Source: Octopus vulgaris
Lineage: Eukaryota
Direction of reading: 5' to 3'
Assembly (NCBI GenBank): GCA_951406725.2
Contig: OX597825.1
Span: 26,412,001-26,476,000 of the forward strand
DNA length: 64,000 bases
Under the pieces are notes generated by a model, which saw only the letters and a program-made list of their open reading frames with translations, did not search any database and had not been told where the DNA came from. Positions within the stretch are counted from its first letter, which is position 1; each line of letters begins with the position of its first letter. The translations under genes were made by a program, and so were the position numbers. Positions 13,760-28,412 of the stretch are shown in pieces.

Positions 13760-14265
13760 TGTGATAAGTAGCTTGCTTACCAACCACATGGTTCCGGGTT
13801 CAATCCCACCGATTGGCACATTGGGCAAGTGTATTCTACTATATGCTCGGGCCGACCAGAGCGTTGTGAGTGGATTTGGCAGATGAAAAAGTAGCCTGTT
13901 GTGTATACATACATACATCCATACATACATACATCCATCCATACATACATACATCCATACATACATACATACATCCATCCATACATACATACATACATAA
14001 ATACACAAACACACACACACACATATATATATCTGTGTGTGTGTATGTATGTGTGTGTATTTGTGTGTTTGTGTGTGTGTTTGTGTGTCTGTATTTGTGT
14101 CTCCAACATTGCACGGCAACCGATGTTGATGAGTTACTAGGTCCCCGTAACATAGCGGTTCGGCAAAAGCAAACGATAGAATAAGTACTAGGCTTACAAA
14201 CAAAGATTGTCTCGCCTAAAGGCAGTGCTCCAGCATGGCCGCAATGAAATGAATGAAACAAATAC
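13760..14265 (+). mobile_element. tRNA-derived CORE-type SINE with internal (TACA/TG)n
   Basis: B-box ggttcaatccc, CORE-like ttgggcaagtg, tail ggcagtgctccagcatggccgca; same family as 32587/34819. Confidence 0.85.
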
Positions 14266-16217
14266 AAGACTAGGTTGTTCTCATATTTCCAATTCCTACA
14301 GTGACATGTAAAAATTAACAACAGATCTGGTTAATGAAAACTGTGAAAATTGTCTCAAAAAGTCATAGGGAAGCACCTGTTCATCAACATCGTAGTGAAC
14401 AATTCTTTGAATAGTTACTTATTGCTTAATGTATCTCTATATCAATTAATATTGACTACATATAGATATTTTTATATACGCATCTATATTTGTGAATAAC
14501 CTTGTAATCTCCTACCATAGGTAACTGTACGTTCGGAATAGTGACTGATTACTTGATATTTCATAACATAGAGCAATAGGATCATCAGATAAAAGGACTC
14601 ATAGAATGGAAACACGTTTCCATAACTCGCCGCTCTATAAGTGTAAAATTCTATAAATATTATTAAAGAAACTATACTTTTACATACATATGTATGTACG
14701 TATGTATGAATGGATAGGTGCATATATCTTTGTTTGTGTGTGTATGTGAGTGTGCGTGTGCGTTTGTTGTGTGTGTCTATGTGTGTCTTGCACATATATA
14801 TATATATATTGGTTCATTGATTGATAAATTGATTGGATCGATATCGTATTGAGTATACATGAAAGAAGTTCCCCCCTTGAACTACATCATGTTGAAATAA
14901 TTTGCCGCCATTAAATCACCCCATCAATAGTAATATTTTTATAGCAACATCACCAATATACGTCGGTAATCAAAACCTCAGAGAACATTTGGATTGAAAT
15001 GCATTGATGTAACATCATCAGTCAAGGTTATTAACGGAGAAAATAATAACACCATAGAAAAAATAATATCGTTTTGCGCTTGACGGATCACGAAAGTAGA
15101 TATACAGCATGTAAAAATATATTAGAACAACACAGCTATATTTTGAATAGGCAGGAGTTCGTTAGGTTAAATATATTCTAATTATTGTGATGCTTTGGTA
15201 GAGTGCTCAAATATATGAGCTGTTTATTATATCTTATATATTAATGCATCTTATATATTAATATTGTGTTAATACCTGATTTATTATCGTACACTACTGA
15301 AGGACAATTCATACAATATTGATTTTACAAACATATATGAATGCATACGCACACGTGCACACACATACATATGTATATATGCGCACACATGCACACATCT
15401 GTATATATGCATGCATGTATATTTATACATACGTATATGCATATATTCATCCACACACACACACACACACAGAGTCTCATACACACAAACACACACATAT
15501 ATGTACATATATGCAACATATACAAGTATATGAATGTAATGACTGCGTGTTTATGTGTGAAAATGGTAATTTTAAGCACATACATATGTGTGTGTGCTGC
15601 CTCCTAGCAGCAAAATGCTACAACATTTTGAATCAGATATATCCATCATAAACTAGGATATACACTTGCGAACTCATAGTAATAGATTCTAAAAGCTCAG
15701 TATGATGTAAAATCCTGTCATAGAACAAAAATAAAAGGTAAGAAATTGACAAAATTGCAGATAGACGTTGTTTCTCAAATAGCACAGGAAATGCGTGCAC
15801 AAATGTACGTCATACAACACACATCTTGATACGATAAGGAAACGAATCTCTAACACCTAATTATGTATTGACGAAAGCGTTGTAAACCTAACAGTCTTCA
15901 GAATTGACGAAACATGAAGTTCTCAAATAGGATAGGAACATAGGAAGATATTCTACGACGAGTTTATCTTATGCATAATAAAAGCAACGAACGTACTATT
16001 ATGGAACATCTCTACGATACCCTGAAATGCTTAAGTAGAATCAACATCTAATATCTCACTGCTAAGGACCACAATTTATAAGGTTATAGTCTACCGAACA
16101 TCTACTGCGGTATCACTGGCCTCTCTGCCAATCGCCTTTGCATTGTTTAACTTCTCGCGCTGTTCTTATCTAATTATCTTCCTTGCGTGAATTTAGCTGA
16201 TTTAACAATATGCTTGT

Positions 16218-16482
16218 GCAGGCACATGGCCCACTGGTTAGAGCAGTGGACTCGCGGTCGAGGGAACGCGGGTTCGAATCTCAGCCCGGGCAATGTGTGT
16301 GTGCTTATGAGCGAAACACCTAAGCTCCATGCGGCTCCGGCAGAAGGTAATGGTGACTTGAACTTCTTCTGACTCTTTTGCCACGACTTTCACTCTTTCC
16401 TCCTGCATCTTGCAGCTCACCTGCAAGCGGGAAGCCGACCCTGATGAGCCAGGCATGGCCCGAGAAGGAACAAACAAACAAT
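16218..16482 (+). mobile_element. tRNA-derived SINE
   Basis: A-box tggcccactggttagagc, B-box gggttcgaatct, CORE-like gagcgaaacacctaa, (AAAC)n tail. Confidence 0.75.
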
Positions 16483-16614
16483 ATGCTTAGTTTCATTTAA
16501 TTCAGAAATAAAAATGTTGTCCCATTACAGCTGCCCTTAAACTTACAAGAATTTGTTTTGTTTTAGTAAACTTCATAATTTTCGCTAGTTTTACATTGAA
16601 ACCAGTGAAATATA

Positions 16615-16828
16615 ATCCTTTCTACTACAGACACAAGGCCTGAAATATTGGGGGATGGGAGTAGTCGATTACATAGTACCCAGTGTTTCACTGCTACTTA
16701 TTTTACCGACCCTGAAAAGATAAAAGGCAAAGTCGACTCGGCGGAATTTGAACTCAGAACGTAGCGACGGGCAAAATACCGCTAAGTATATCGTCCAGCG
16801 TGCTAACGCTTCTCCCTTCTCACCGCCA
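16615..16828 (-). mobile_element. tRNA-derived SINE (Meta-like core, tail type 1)
   Basis: shares head gttctgagttcaaattccgcc and core gactttgccttt with 17069-17298; tail tttcaggccttgtg. Confidence 0.8.
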
Positions 16829-16837
16829 TTACAAATA

Positions 16838-17051
16838 TTCTTTTTTAAACTAGGCAGAAGGCCTGAAATTTTGAAGAAAGGTGCGAGCCGATTAGACCGA
16901 CCCCAGTACGCAACTGGTACTTAATTTATCGCCACCGAAAGGATCAGAAGCAAAGATGATCTCGGCGGACTTTGAAAGTACAACATAAAGACAGATGAAA
17001 CATCACTAAGCATTTCGCCCGGCGTGCTAACGTTTTTGCCACCTCACCGCC
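16838..17051 (-). mobile_element. tRNA-derived SINE (Meta-like core, tail type 1)
   Basis: as above; second of three adjacent copies. Confidence 0.8.
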
Positions 17052-17068
17052 TTAACCTACATATATAT

Positions 17069-17298
17069 ATTTCTTTACTACCCACAAGGGGCTAAACACA
17101 GAGGGGACAAACAAGGACAGACAAACGGATTAAGTCGATTACCTCGATCCCAGTGCGTAACTGGTACTTAATTTATCGACCCCGAAACGATGAAAGGCAA
17201 AGTCGACCTCGACGGAATTTGAACTCAGAACGTAACGGCAGACGAAATACGGCTACGCATTTCGCCCGGCGTGCTAACGTTTCTGCCAGCTCGCCGCC
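17069..17298 (-). mobile_element. young tRNA-derived SINE (Meta-like core, tail type 2) with TSD
   Basis: full head-core-tail; TSD ttaacc(t/a)acatatat at about 17052-17066 and 17299-17313. Confidence 0.9.
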
Positions 17299-18289
17299 TT
17301 AACCAACATATATGTATGTATGTGTATATACGTATATATCCTTGTTACCACGCACGTGGGACGCACCCAAATGTGCTCGCACGCGTGTGCATTATGTGAG
17401 CATTGACCTAACTCATGAGTATATTGCTTTGTAGCTTATATCTTTAATTTTGTTACTAGTCTATATATTATAAATTGTATTGGCAGGATCTAGGCTTATA
17501 AGTATTAACAGCAAAGAGGGTAGCAATTTTCGAAATAGTTTTTTTCTTTATTTCATAATAAATGAATCTTTCTGAAATAAGCCTAAAGCAAAATTTTTAC
17601 TGATACGTTTTCACATTCTATTCGTAAAACTTACAAGTATCAGATAAACATATAGGAACGTATATTTCATAATGAAATACTGAACCACACATGCTAAAAC
17701 TGTAAAATAAACACAATCAATATTATCAGCGGGAAAAAATATGAAAGCTGATCCTGTAAAACGATTTCAATGTTAAGGAAGTTATGAAATAATCAATCTA
17801 AATGTGACTGTAATGCATACTATTACATGATGTGATCTAGATAATTTGAATCCATTCTGGATTTCTTTAGTATTACATAACGAATTAGGCCGGTCGCCAG
17901 ATTTTGGTGCCTAGCTGTGCTTGAGAATATTCTGGGCGGACACTAATTTGTATTGCCGGAAGGTGTTTGTAAACTGTATTTTTTAAATCTAGGTTTCACC
18001 CTTGATTGATGTGGGTGCAGTGCTGCACAGCACGCACCCCTTAGCGATGGACATATAACCAATCATAAAATACATTATATGCTCTTACTGCGGATAGTTT
18101 TTGACGCAGAGTGCGTTACTTTTGAAAGTAATTTTATCTGAATTTTATAAGAAATAATAAGAAAGGCTACATTTGCAAATATGTATCTGAAAGTTCGTAG
18201 AAAAGAAGATTAAACACAATATTGCATTCCAAAATAAAATTATTTGAAAAATGATTTTAAAGATGTCACCTAGAAGATATGTTTACGCA

Positions 18290-18655
18290 AAGAGGCCACA
18301 CTCAGCTTTCCTTCCAGCAGAGCCTGGAGAGGGCTCCGGAATCTGGCGCATACGTTCTTCTCTATGTCCCTAGAATGATCTTCGAATACCAACTTCATCT
18401 TGACCACCAAGTCAGACTCCGTGTTGTAGGCAGAACGGTCGATATCTTCAAACGTGTACCACACGTTGTAAATTATGTAATTACAATCGGAGGAATAAGG
18501 AGGTCAGAAATTGTGGCTGGTGAAATCGTAGAAATTCTCCAACAATCACTTCTTACTCTTTCCGAGGATATGACAAAGAGACGAATCGTGCTCACACACC
18601 TATGGGCCTTCAGCAACAAGCCTCTTTAGCCAAGGTTCTTGCAGAAACTTCACTT
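18290..18655 (-). pseudogene. Tc1/mariner superfamily (maT/DD37D-like) transposase C-terminal fragment
   Basis: minus frame PWLKRLVAEGP*VCEHDSSLCHILGKSKK*LLENFYDFTSHNF*PPYSSDCNYIIYNVW..RSAYNT..KNVCARFRSPLQALLE resembles QQDSAPCH..WPPNSPDCNPMDYYVW; in-frame stops. Confidence 0.8.
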
Positions 18656-18848
18656 AATTATTTGAATTGATTCAACGGTCCTGTCGAAATATGTAGAAAT
18701 AAATTCCGGTGTGAATAACTTTTAATACGAAATTTCTTATAAGTTAGCCCAACATGTACAATCTTGTAATTCCTGTTAGCAAATGAATCGTGTAATGGTG
18801 AATGTATAATACCCAAAATATGTTTCCAACTTCACTTTTGATATATAT

Positions 18849-19076
18849 TTCTTTACTACCCACAAGGGGCTAAACGCAGAGGGGACAAACAAGGACAGAC
18901 AAAGAGATTAAGTCTATTATATCGACCCCAGTGCGTAACTGGTACTTAATTTATCGACCCCGAAAGGATGAAAGGCAAAATCGACCTCGGCGGAATTTGA
19001 ACTCTGAACATAACGACAGACGAAGTACGGCTACGCATTTTGACCGGCGTGCTAACGTTTCTGCTAGCTCGCTGCC
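18849..19076 (-). mobile_element. young tRNA-derived SINE (tail type 2) with 18 bp TSD
   Basis: high similarity to 17069-17298; TSD ttcacttttgatatatat at 18831-18848 and 19077-19094. Confidence 0.92.
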
Positions 19077-21029
19077 TTCACTTTTGATATATATTAATTC
19101 TGCAAGTATATTTCCACAAACTCCAACTCAGATATGTACACAACATAAATTTAGCAACTACATCCTGGGCTCTAAGTACTGGAATAAGGAGATGTGCTTC
19201 AAAGGGATACAGCTTGGATTTTATCCCAGCCTACATAATATATATGGACAAGAAAATACGTTACTTTAAAAAAGAGGACTTACACATACTGAAGTAAAGA
19301 TAGATATATTGAAATAAGGTTGTTAGACTGAAAATATCTTTTGCATATGTCAACTCAAGTTTTACGAAATTCCTCAAAATACAGCTAAAACTGAAAAACC
19401 TTATGTTATTGAAGAAATATTTGCAATACTATTAACATACAATAATATAGAAGAGAAACTGCAGTTAATTTTCAATACCAATTCAGGAAATATTTCTTTT
19501 CAAAGGATAAATAATGATAGTATTTCGTTCCTGTGAAATTATAAATTCTTACTCGATATATTTGTTATATATATTAAGTTGACAAACTCATTTACTAGAG
19601 TTAAATCAGATTCAGATGTATTTAAATAGTAAGCGCAAGGTATAATATTAATAAGAATATTGTATTCAAAGAACACGTTACTGTGCAAACTTTAAGAGGT
19701 AAAAATGAAATGTAACAAAGGCGAAGTTGACAATTGTCCTATTTAATTATATGTTGAATCCTCACAAGATAAATTCAATTTCGCTGAAATGAATGGTTGT
19801 ATTTTGATGCCACCATAAAAATAGTATTATGGTAACTATAGACAGTACTGTAGCAAAAAAGGATTTAATAAAAAGAAATACAAACATTATTACGCTTTTC
19901 TAGTGATTCTTGTAATGTCTTTCGAAATGATTACCGTAGAGTTACGATAAATACGAGGATTAATAGCAGATTGTTATCATACTTTCTCGTCTAGAATATA
20001 ATATTTCAAACGTAAAAAAAATAATCTATGAAATTTGTGATAAAAGACTTATGTATTGGCTTATGTCATACTTTAGAAAAATACTAACATAATATTGAAT
20101 TACATAATCGTTGTTACGCTATAAATAAAATTACAAACAAAATAGTAAATCTTGTACATGATTTGTTAGATTATGGAAAAAGATGTTTTAAAGAATATAC
20201 TAATAAAATCAGGCTATAAAATACATCGACCCTATCGAATATTTTGAGAAAAATAAAACAACCAAATTCAAATGAATAATACGAATAACTGAAAGCTATC
20301 TGACACAAATGATAAAACGGAATCTTATTCTACGGAAAAGCACAATGTACACTCGATTACAAAATCAGGCAGGCATTAGTGAAATGTAGAGAATCCTCTC
20401 ATATGCTTGTGTGTTTTGCTCATCTTGTATTTTTGGTTAGTAATTTAATATTCAATATATAATCCATTCAAACTAGATGAAAAAATTATACAATATATAT
20501 ATAAAATATGTTAAAACAGAAATTTTCATTCAAACGATTTTATTTAAGAAAACAAATGAGATACAAATATAATTTTTGTTAAACATAAAATGTTTCGTTT
20601 CCGAAGTCGGAAACAAAAATATTTAGCAATAAAATTATAGTTAAAGTTGCAAATATTTAATTTTTTTTAACGCAACATAAATACGATCATACACACACAC
20701 CTACGCATGAGCGCACACACGCACACGCTTTCATATCATACAGAAATGTCGTTCACACATATACATATATATATATACAGAATGTATATATATAATTGTA
20801 GGAAATGAAATATACTAACCTCCTATAATAGATCATGAAGCGTAGATCAAAGGTATTGACATATTTTATTAATAAAACCTATTTGTTAAAACATTTTTAT
20901 TAAGATATTAAAAAAAAACCCATATGTAATTAAGACCGCCAGCAGGCATCCACATTCTCCAAAACTTGCAGGTATCAGATCTGCTTCACAAAGAAACGAA
21001 GGAATGGAATTCATTACAAAATATCCTTT

Positions 21030-21584
21030 AGGTTTATAGCAATATTGCACTTAAAGCAATAAGCTTATACACATGAAATGCCTATAGATGGTCGGAGGCA
21101 GATAAACACTTGATTTATTTCTTTAAAAATAGTATGAAAGACTGGAAGACAGTTTTTACTACAGTTGGAAGGAAGCTGACATCCAGAGAGGAATCTTTCA
21201 AGGAAACTCGGTGTCATTCTTATTGTTTATTGTTTCTATGCTATCGCTCTCCATGGTTATGAGAAAGATGCGAGCTGGTAATTCACTGAAGAAGACATGA
21301 GACCAATCAATAATGTGATATCTATGGAAGGTTCGAAGCTTTAAGGAGCTAGCTGTGGTCAATTGGTTTCCATTATTGGGTCTGTACAACGTTTTTCTCA
21401 AGAAAACTTGATGACATTTTTTATAGATAAATGCTCTGTTATTGAACAAAAAAAGCATTAGGCGAAAATTAGACTGCAATGGAGCACAAGGTCGAGCTCG
21501 AAAGAATTTGAAATCAAAACAGAAACACGGACGAAATACCACTAACCATTTTGCCAAGAGCGAGAACGATTCTTTCAGCTCGCC

Positions 21585-21643
<59 letters not shown>

Positions 21644-21790
21644 TTGATGATGATGATGATGATGAATAGAATAGACAACACAGTAGAAAGAGACAAATGT
21701 AGAATCTATGGACAAAACGGTGAAGCCGTATGGCATATTACCAGTCAAAATACGCCACTAGCCCAAATGAACCAGATATATGAACCGAAT
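21030..21790 (+). mobile_element. degraded R4/Dong-type RT and CCHC fragments interrupted by (AAT)n/(GAT)n
   Basis: IQRGIFQGNSVSFLLFIVSM near 21180; IDNTVERDKCRIYGQNGEAVWHITS..PLAQ near 21670. Confidence 0.7.
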
Positions 21791-21860
21791 ATTCATCTGC
21801 GCCCATAAAAAACTATTTCTTTCAGACCTGCTACCACCTACTGAGCCTTCACAAAGGATA

Positions 21861-21912
<52 letters not shown>

Positions 21913-22247
21913 AAGAAAAGGCCCTACCTATTTGAAGACTATGGGAATATTTACTAAACATCTAATTTAACTTTTTCTTCAATATAATTCTTTTACTGTT
22001 TAATTAATATCCGCCTTTGTCTTACACTTAGTTGTAAAATGTCCAAGAGACTGAAACCAGCTTTAACCGTTACAAAATATATTCCATAATAAAATAATTT
22101 TAGCATATTCTACCTTATCTTGTTTTCCTTATACATATCAACTCCTGTGTTATTTTTCAACCTTATATACGCACACATAGACACACACATACACATGCAC
22201 GCGCATATGTATATACATATACATATACATATACATATATATATATA

Positions 22248-22448
22248 AGGAGGGCTTACGAAAAAAACAAAAGACGAAGATAGACGGTGTACAAAACAAA
22301 CAGATGTATTATTATAACGCTCAGGAAAAGAAAACGTCTTTTACGTTTCGAGCCTTCGCTCTTCTACAGAAAGGCACACAGAAAAAAAGAAGGAGAAAAA
22401 CAAGGAGAGAAAAAATGTGTGTAGTGGCTAACGATCTATCATAGCGAC

Positions 22449-22450
<2 letters not shown>
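22248..22450 (-). mobile_element. putative Penelope-like terminal-repeat fragment with hammerhead-like motif, in (TA)n
   Basis: minus strand ctgtaga-a-gagc-gaag-gctc-gaaacgt; TA repeats on both sides. Confidence 0.5.
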
Positions 22451-22485
<35 letters not shown>

Positions 22486-22693
22486 CTTACTTGTTAATAA
22501 AAATTCGTTGTGTGTTGCGTTACATTACTTAATAAATGAAACAATATATGGTAAATAAGCAAACTACATAACGTGTAATGACTGCAAAAACGAGTGTGAG
22601 ACATACAGTCCGGAATCTCCGTAATTCCCCATCAGTTATCCACCAATAGGGGGTACTCAGTTTCACAACTTTAATGTTAAAGGTGCGAAACTG

Positions 22694-22743
<50 letters not shown>

Positions 22744-22799
22744 ATGTGTGTGTGTATGTGTGTATGTGTTTGTGTGTATGTGTTTGTGTGTATGTGTTT

Positions 22800-22875
22800 G
22801 TGTGTCTGTGTTAAAGGCGGTGCTCCAGCATGGCCGCAGTCAAATGACTGAAACAAGTAAAAGAGTAAAAGAGTA
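22800..22875 (+). mobile_element. CORE-type SINE 3' tail
   Basis: taaaggcggtgctccagcatggccgcagtcaaatgactgaaacaagtaaaagag, as at the ends of the 13760 and 34819 copies. Confidence 0.8.
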
Positions 22876-23112
22876 TATATATATTACTTGATTCATTTAT
22901 TAGTCTGCGTTCATGCTTTAATCCAATCTGCGATCATGTTTTAATCCAATGAATATGTACCAGTACTTATGATTTAGGTTTGGCAATTCTGCCATACTCT
23001 TTTGCTGAATCGCGTAGTGTGATTGACCATTGAAACATGTGGGGCGGCGAAGCGTGCCTGTTACCGTACAGCCGCGACAAAGAAGAGTTACGAAGCGCTT
23101 TCTTATGTGTTC

Positions 23113-23144
<32 letters not shown>

Positions 23145-23147
<3 letters not shown>

Positions 23148-23349
23148 AGTATGTGACCTCGTGAAGACTACCTGCAATTTTTTTTCCTCTGTCCTCCCGT
23201 CTCGGGATCTTTCTTTCTCCTATGTTTCCGACGAAGAGCTCCGCTCGAAACGTCATACCCTCCTTCTTCCATTTTCCTCAGCGCCTAATAATAATAATAC
23301 TGTAATTGTTCCACGTGTTGTTGTTTTTTCTGTTTTCCCGTTTGGATTA

Positions 23350-23353
<4 letters not shown>
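23145..23353 (+). mobile_element. putative Penelope-like terminal-repeat fragment with hammerhead-like motif, in (TA)n
   Basis: ccgacga-a-gagc-tcc-gctc-gaaacgtc; second copy at 43620-43769. Confidence 0.55.
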
Positions 23354-23408
<55 letters not shown>

Positions 23409-24200
23409 TTTATTTATAGGGATATACGAAAAAGCAATATATATAGATATAGATATAGATAGACAGATAGATAGATGTAAACATATGCATATACACACGC
23501 TCAGACACAAACACACATAAGTATACGCAGACATATGCGTGTAATTTTGTATTTATGATTTGTAAGTAAGTATGCGTATGTATTCACGGACACAGCCAGA
23601 AGTTACACTGAATATTTAAATTCTATTTCGGTAGAATAGAAAAACATGTAATCAATACAAACTGGAATATAAAGTGTTTGAAAGTTTCTTAAAGACATTA
23701 GGTATATCAGTACTGAGATTCTACACGCTTCTTTCACTAATATCCAATTCGTTCTTTTATGCCACAGTTATATCTGATGCAGTTGTATTTGACGTCAATG
23801 CTCTTTCTGAAATTTGAGAAGCTGAAGTGGAGCTGAAATAGCAAATTTTAAAATATCAAAGAAGAATGGCTGAAATCTAGATATTAATCATATTTCATCG
23901 AATAATAGGAAATATAAGATTTACAACTAAACATACATAAACACATAAGGGACAGAAAATGAAAAAAAAGACAGACATGTCCGCATTCATTCGTGGTGAA
24001 TTTTGTATCGCCAACCTACTCGCACATAGAACACATACATTCAAATATGCACGTATATAAACACACACACAGGCGTGCACACAGAGTGACACAGACATAC
24101 ATACACACACAGACATATATATATATATATATATATATACATATGCAGACATGCGTATCTACATACACACAAACCTATAAACGTACATACACACACATGC

Positions 24201-24232
<32 letters not shown>

Positions 24233-24481
24233 GTATGTTTATATATATACATACGTACATATATATACATACATACGTACAGATACATATAAATGTACAT
24301 AACAGGTCTTAGAAAAGTCTTGGGGAGACGCGTTCTTATGAGGTGACATGTATCAAACTTCGGATGAATTGTTCGAAGCCAAACGACAGGCTGAGAAATC
24401 GTTTCACCTATTGGAGAAAGAAGATGAAAAGTTATTCTGTATCAGGATTATAAACAAAAACAACAACACCAACAACGACAC

Positions 24482-24553
<72 letters not shown>

Positions 24554-25386
24554 AATAAGAATATAAATTAACAACATAAAAAATGCGGTGATATGTAGCG
24601 AGAAAAATACAAAACCATCATGATAAAATACGTAGAAAAAAAGGACAGCTCAGATAAAGTAGGAACAGAAGATTCTAGAAGAAATTATATGAAAAAAAAA
24701 AGCACATAAAATATTCAGTTCAAAGGTATCATACATGAAATGAAATATAGAATCTTGCATTGAAAGAAATAAAATTTGTTATATACTGATATAATACATA
24801 TGTGTGTGTTAGTTTTTTTTTTACGTATACATTTGTATAACAATGAAACTACAATTCTTCTGCTGCCGATACATTGTTCTATTGTAAAATAAAGACTTGT
24901 CTCCTATGAATCGAAATATTACTAGTTCATACGGTGGTGCTTTATTGTTGGATAACCCTAGATCATAACTTACCTTACTGCTTTTTCATCGCAACGCTTT
25001 TACCCAGACACTGTTTATTTAAAACGTATGTTGTGCAATGTGACCTCCTCACCTATTTAAGACGGCAAAGCTCAATATGCGGGAGATATCAAATATATTT
25101 CTAATAGACTGAACAGTCACGTATTGGCTTCGCTGTTCTTTGACAAGTTATAATCAATTGTGTAATGAAGCTATTTTTAGAAATTAAAGTATGAAGTATG
25201 TGCACTTGCGAGTTCTTGAAATGAGACCTATACAAAGAAAAAAACTGTAAAGTCATTTTCTCTCTTTGAACTTAGAAAGAATCATGATTTATGGGTTGTG
25301 GCTCTCCTTTAAGAAAACCATCACAAATATGGCTTTATATGGAAACACGGCCGTCAAGAGTTGCAATAAGTCCAGGAAATATAAAC

Positions 25387-25444
<58 letters not shown>

Positions 25445-25467
25445 TGATGATGATAATAACAATAATA

Positions 25468-26012
25468 AGTACTAGACAGTGTCTCTCATGGCTACTGATC
25501 TTAACTGATTGGAAGTGTCATCCTGTACGTTGTTTTGACTTGGTATAAAATATGGTCTACAGCAAATATTCTGCTCAATACCACAGATTTGCTTGTCAGT
25601 TGTTTGATCTTGACCAGTTGACCATGTCCCTTAGTGGCTGACGATATGTGAATCTGTGAGCATGACCAGAAGTAGTGGGGGAGCATCATAGCAATGTATT
25701 GAAAGGAATTCTTAGAGGTTTGGATAATTCACCTTTATAAACACGGGTGGTTCGTTCAACATCCTTAAACAATTCTTATTCAGGGAACTTTTGAGCGCGA
25801 TGGGCTACTCGACCAGAAGAAATTTCTAACTGGACCCCACCTGCAGGGTCATTCGCTGTTTATCTTCATATGAGATCACCATGTCGCGCACATATTGTTG
25901 TGATGCATATGCCTAGTGTACCCTTATCACGCAGGTGTTTATGATGGGTATACTGAGCTTCGTATATTTTACCCTAGTGTTACTTTTGATGGCATGCTCT
26001 GCTCTCTCACTC
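25468..26012 (+). mobile_element. ~540 bp non-coding interspersed repeat in (AAT)n, copy 1
   Basis: aligns over its full length with 59435-59983 and 26195-26712; ends gctctctcactc+(AAT)n. Confidence 0.9.
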
Positions 26013-26120
26013 AATAATAATAATAATATTATAATAATAATAATAATAATAATAATGATAATAATAATAATAGTAACAACAACAATAACGATGATGATGA
26101 TTTTGATGATGATGATGATA

Positions 26121-26172
<52 letters not shown>

Positions 26173-26194
26173 CGATGATGATAACGCGATGATG

Positions 26195-26712
26195 ATGCTC
26201 TGCCATGCACTGGTACTCATGTTTTCCGATCTTGATTGATTTGAAGTGTTTTCTCTTGGTGCGAAAGATGGGCTACGACAAATATTCGGCTCAGTCCCAC
26301 AGATTTGCTTGTCAGTTGTTGGATCTCAACCAGATGAGCATATCACTTGGTGGCTGACGATATATGCATTCTGGTCACTAACAGAAGTAGTGAGCATCAT
26401 GAACGTGGGGTGAAACGAATTCTTTGGAGTTTGAATAATTCACATCTAGAAACATGGGTATTTGGTTCAACATCCTTAAGCAACCGATATCCAGGAACTC
26501 TTTGTGCGGGGTGGACTACTAGTCTTGAAGAAAATTCTAATTGGGCCCCCATCTTCAAGGTCATGCGCTGCGCTGTTTATCATGATATTGTGTTGTGATG
26601 CATATGATTGGTGTACCATTATCTGGCAGGTAGTCATGATGGGTATATTAGGCTTCGTATATTTTACCCAGTATCACTTTGATGGCATACCCTGCCCTCT
26701 CTCTCTCTCTCT
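26195..26712 (+). mobile_element. ~540 bp non-coding interspersed repeat, copy 2 (more diverged)
   Basis: shared blocks cacagatttgcttgtcagttgtt, gtggctgacgatat, tcatgatgggtata, tatattttacccc. Confidence 0.85.
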
Positions 26713-26756
26713 CGACATCCACAACAACAACAACAACAAAAACAATATTAATAATA

Positions 26757-28320
<1,564 letters not shown>

Positions 28321-28343
28321 ATAATAATAATAATAACAATAAC

Positions 28344-28412
<69 letters not shown>

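Noticed and set aside
16218-16290. true tRNA gene
   Set aside because: The tRNA-like head continues into a SINE body and (AAAC)n tail; no clean acceptor stem.
16440-16470. ctgatgag as a hammerhead core
   Set aside because: No GAAA after a stem II; it lies in a SINE tail.
18279-18629. 116 aa plus-strand ORF as a host gene
   Set aside because: It is the antisense frame of a decayed maT-like transposase on the minus strand.
24300-24430. possible Tc1 transposase C-terminal relic
   Set aside because: Too short, with no diagnostic catalytic motif.
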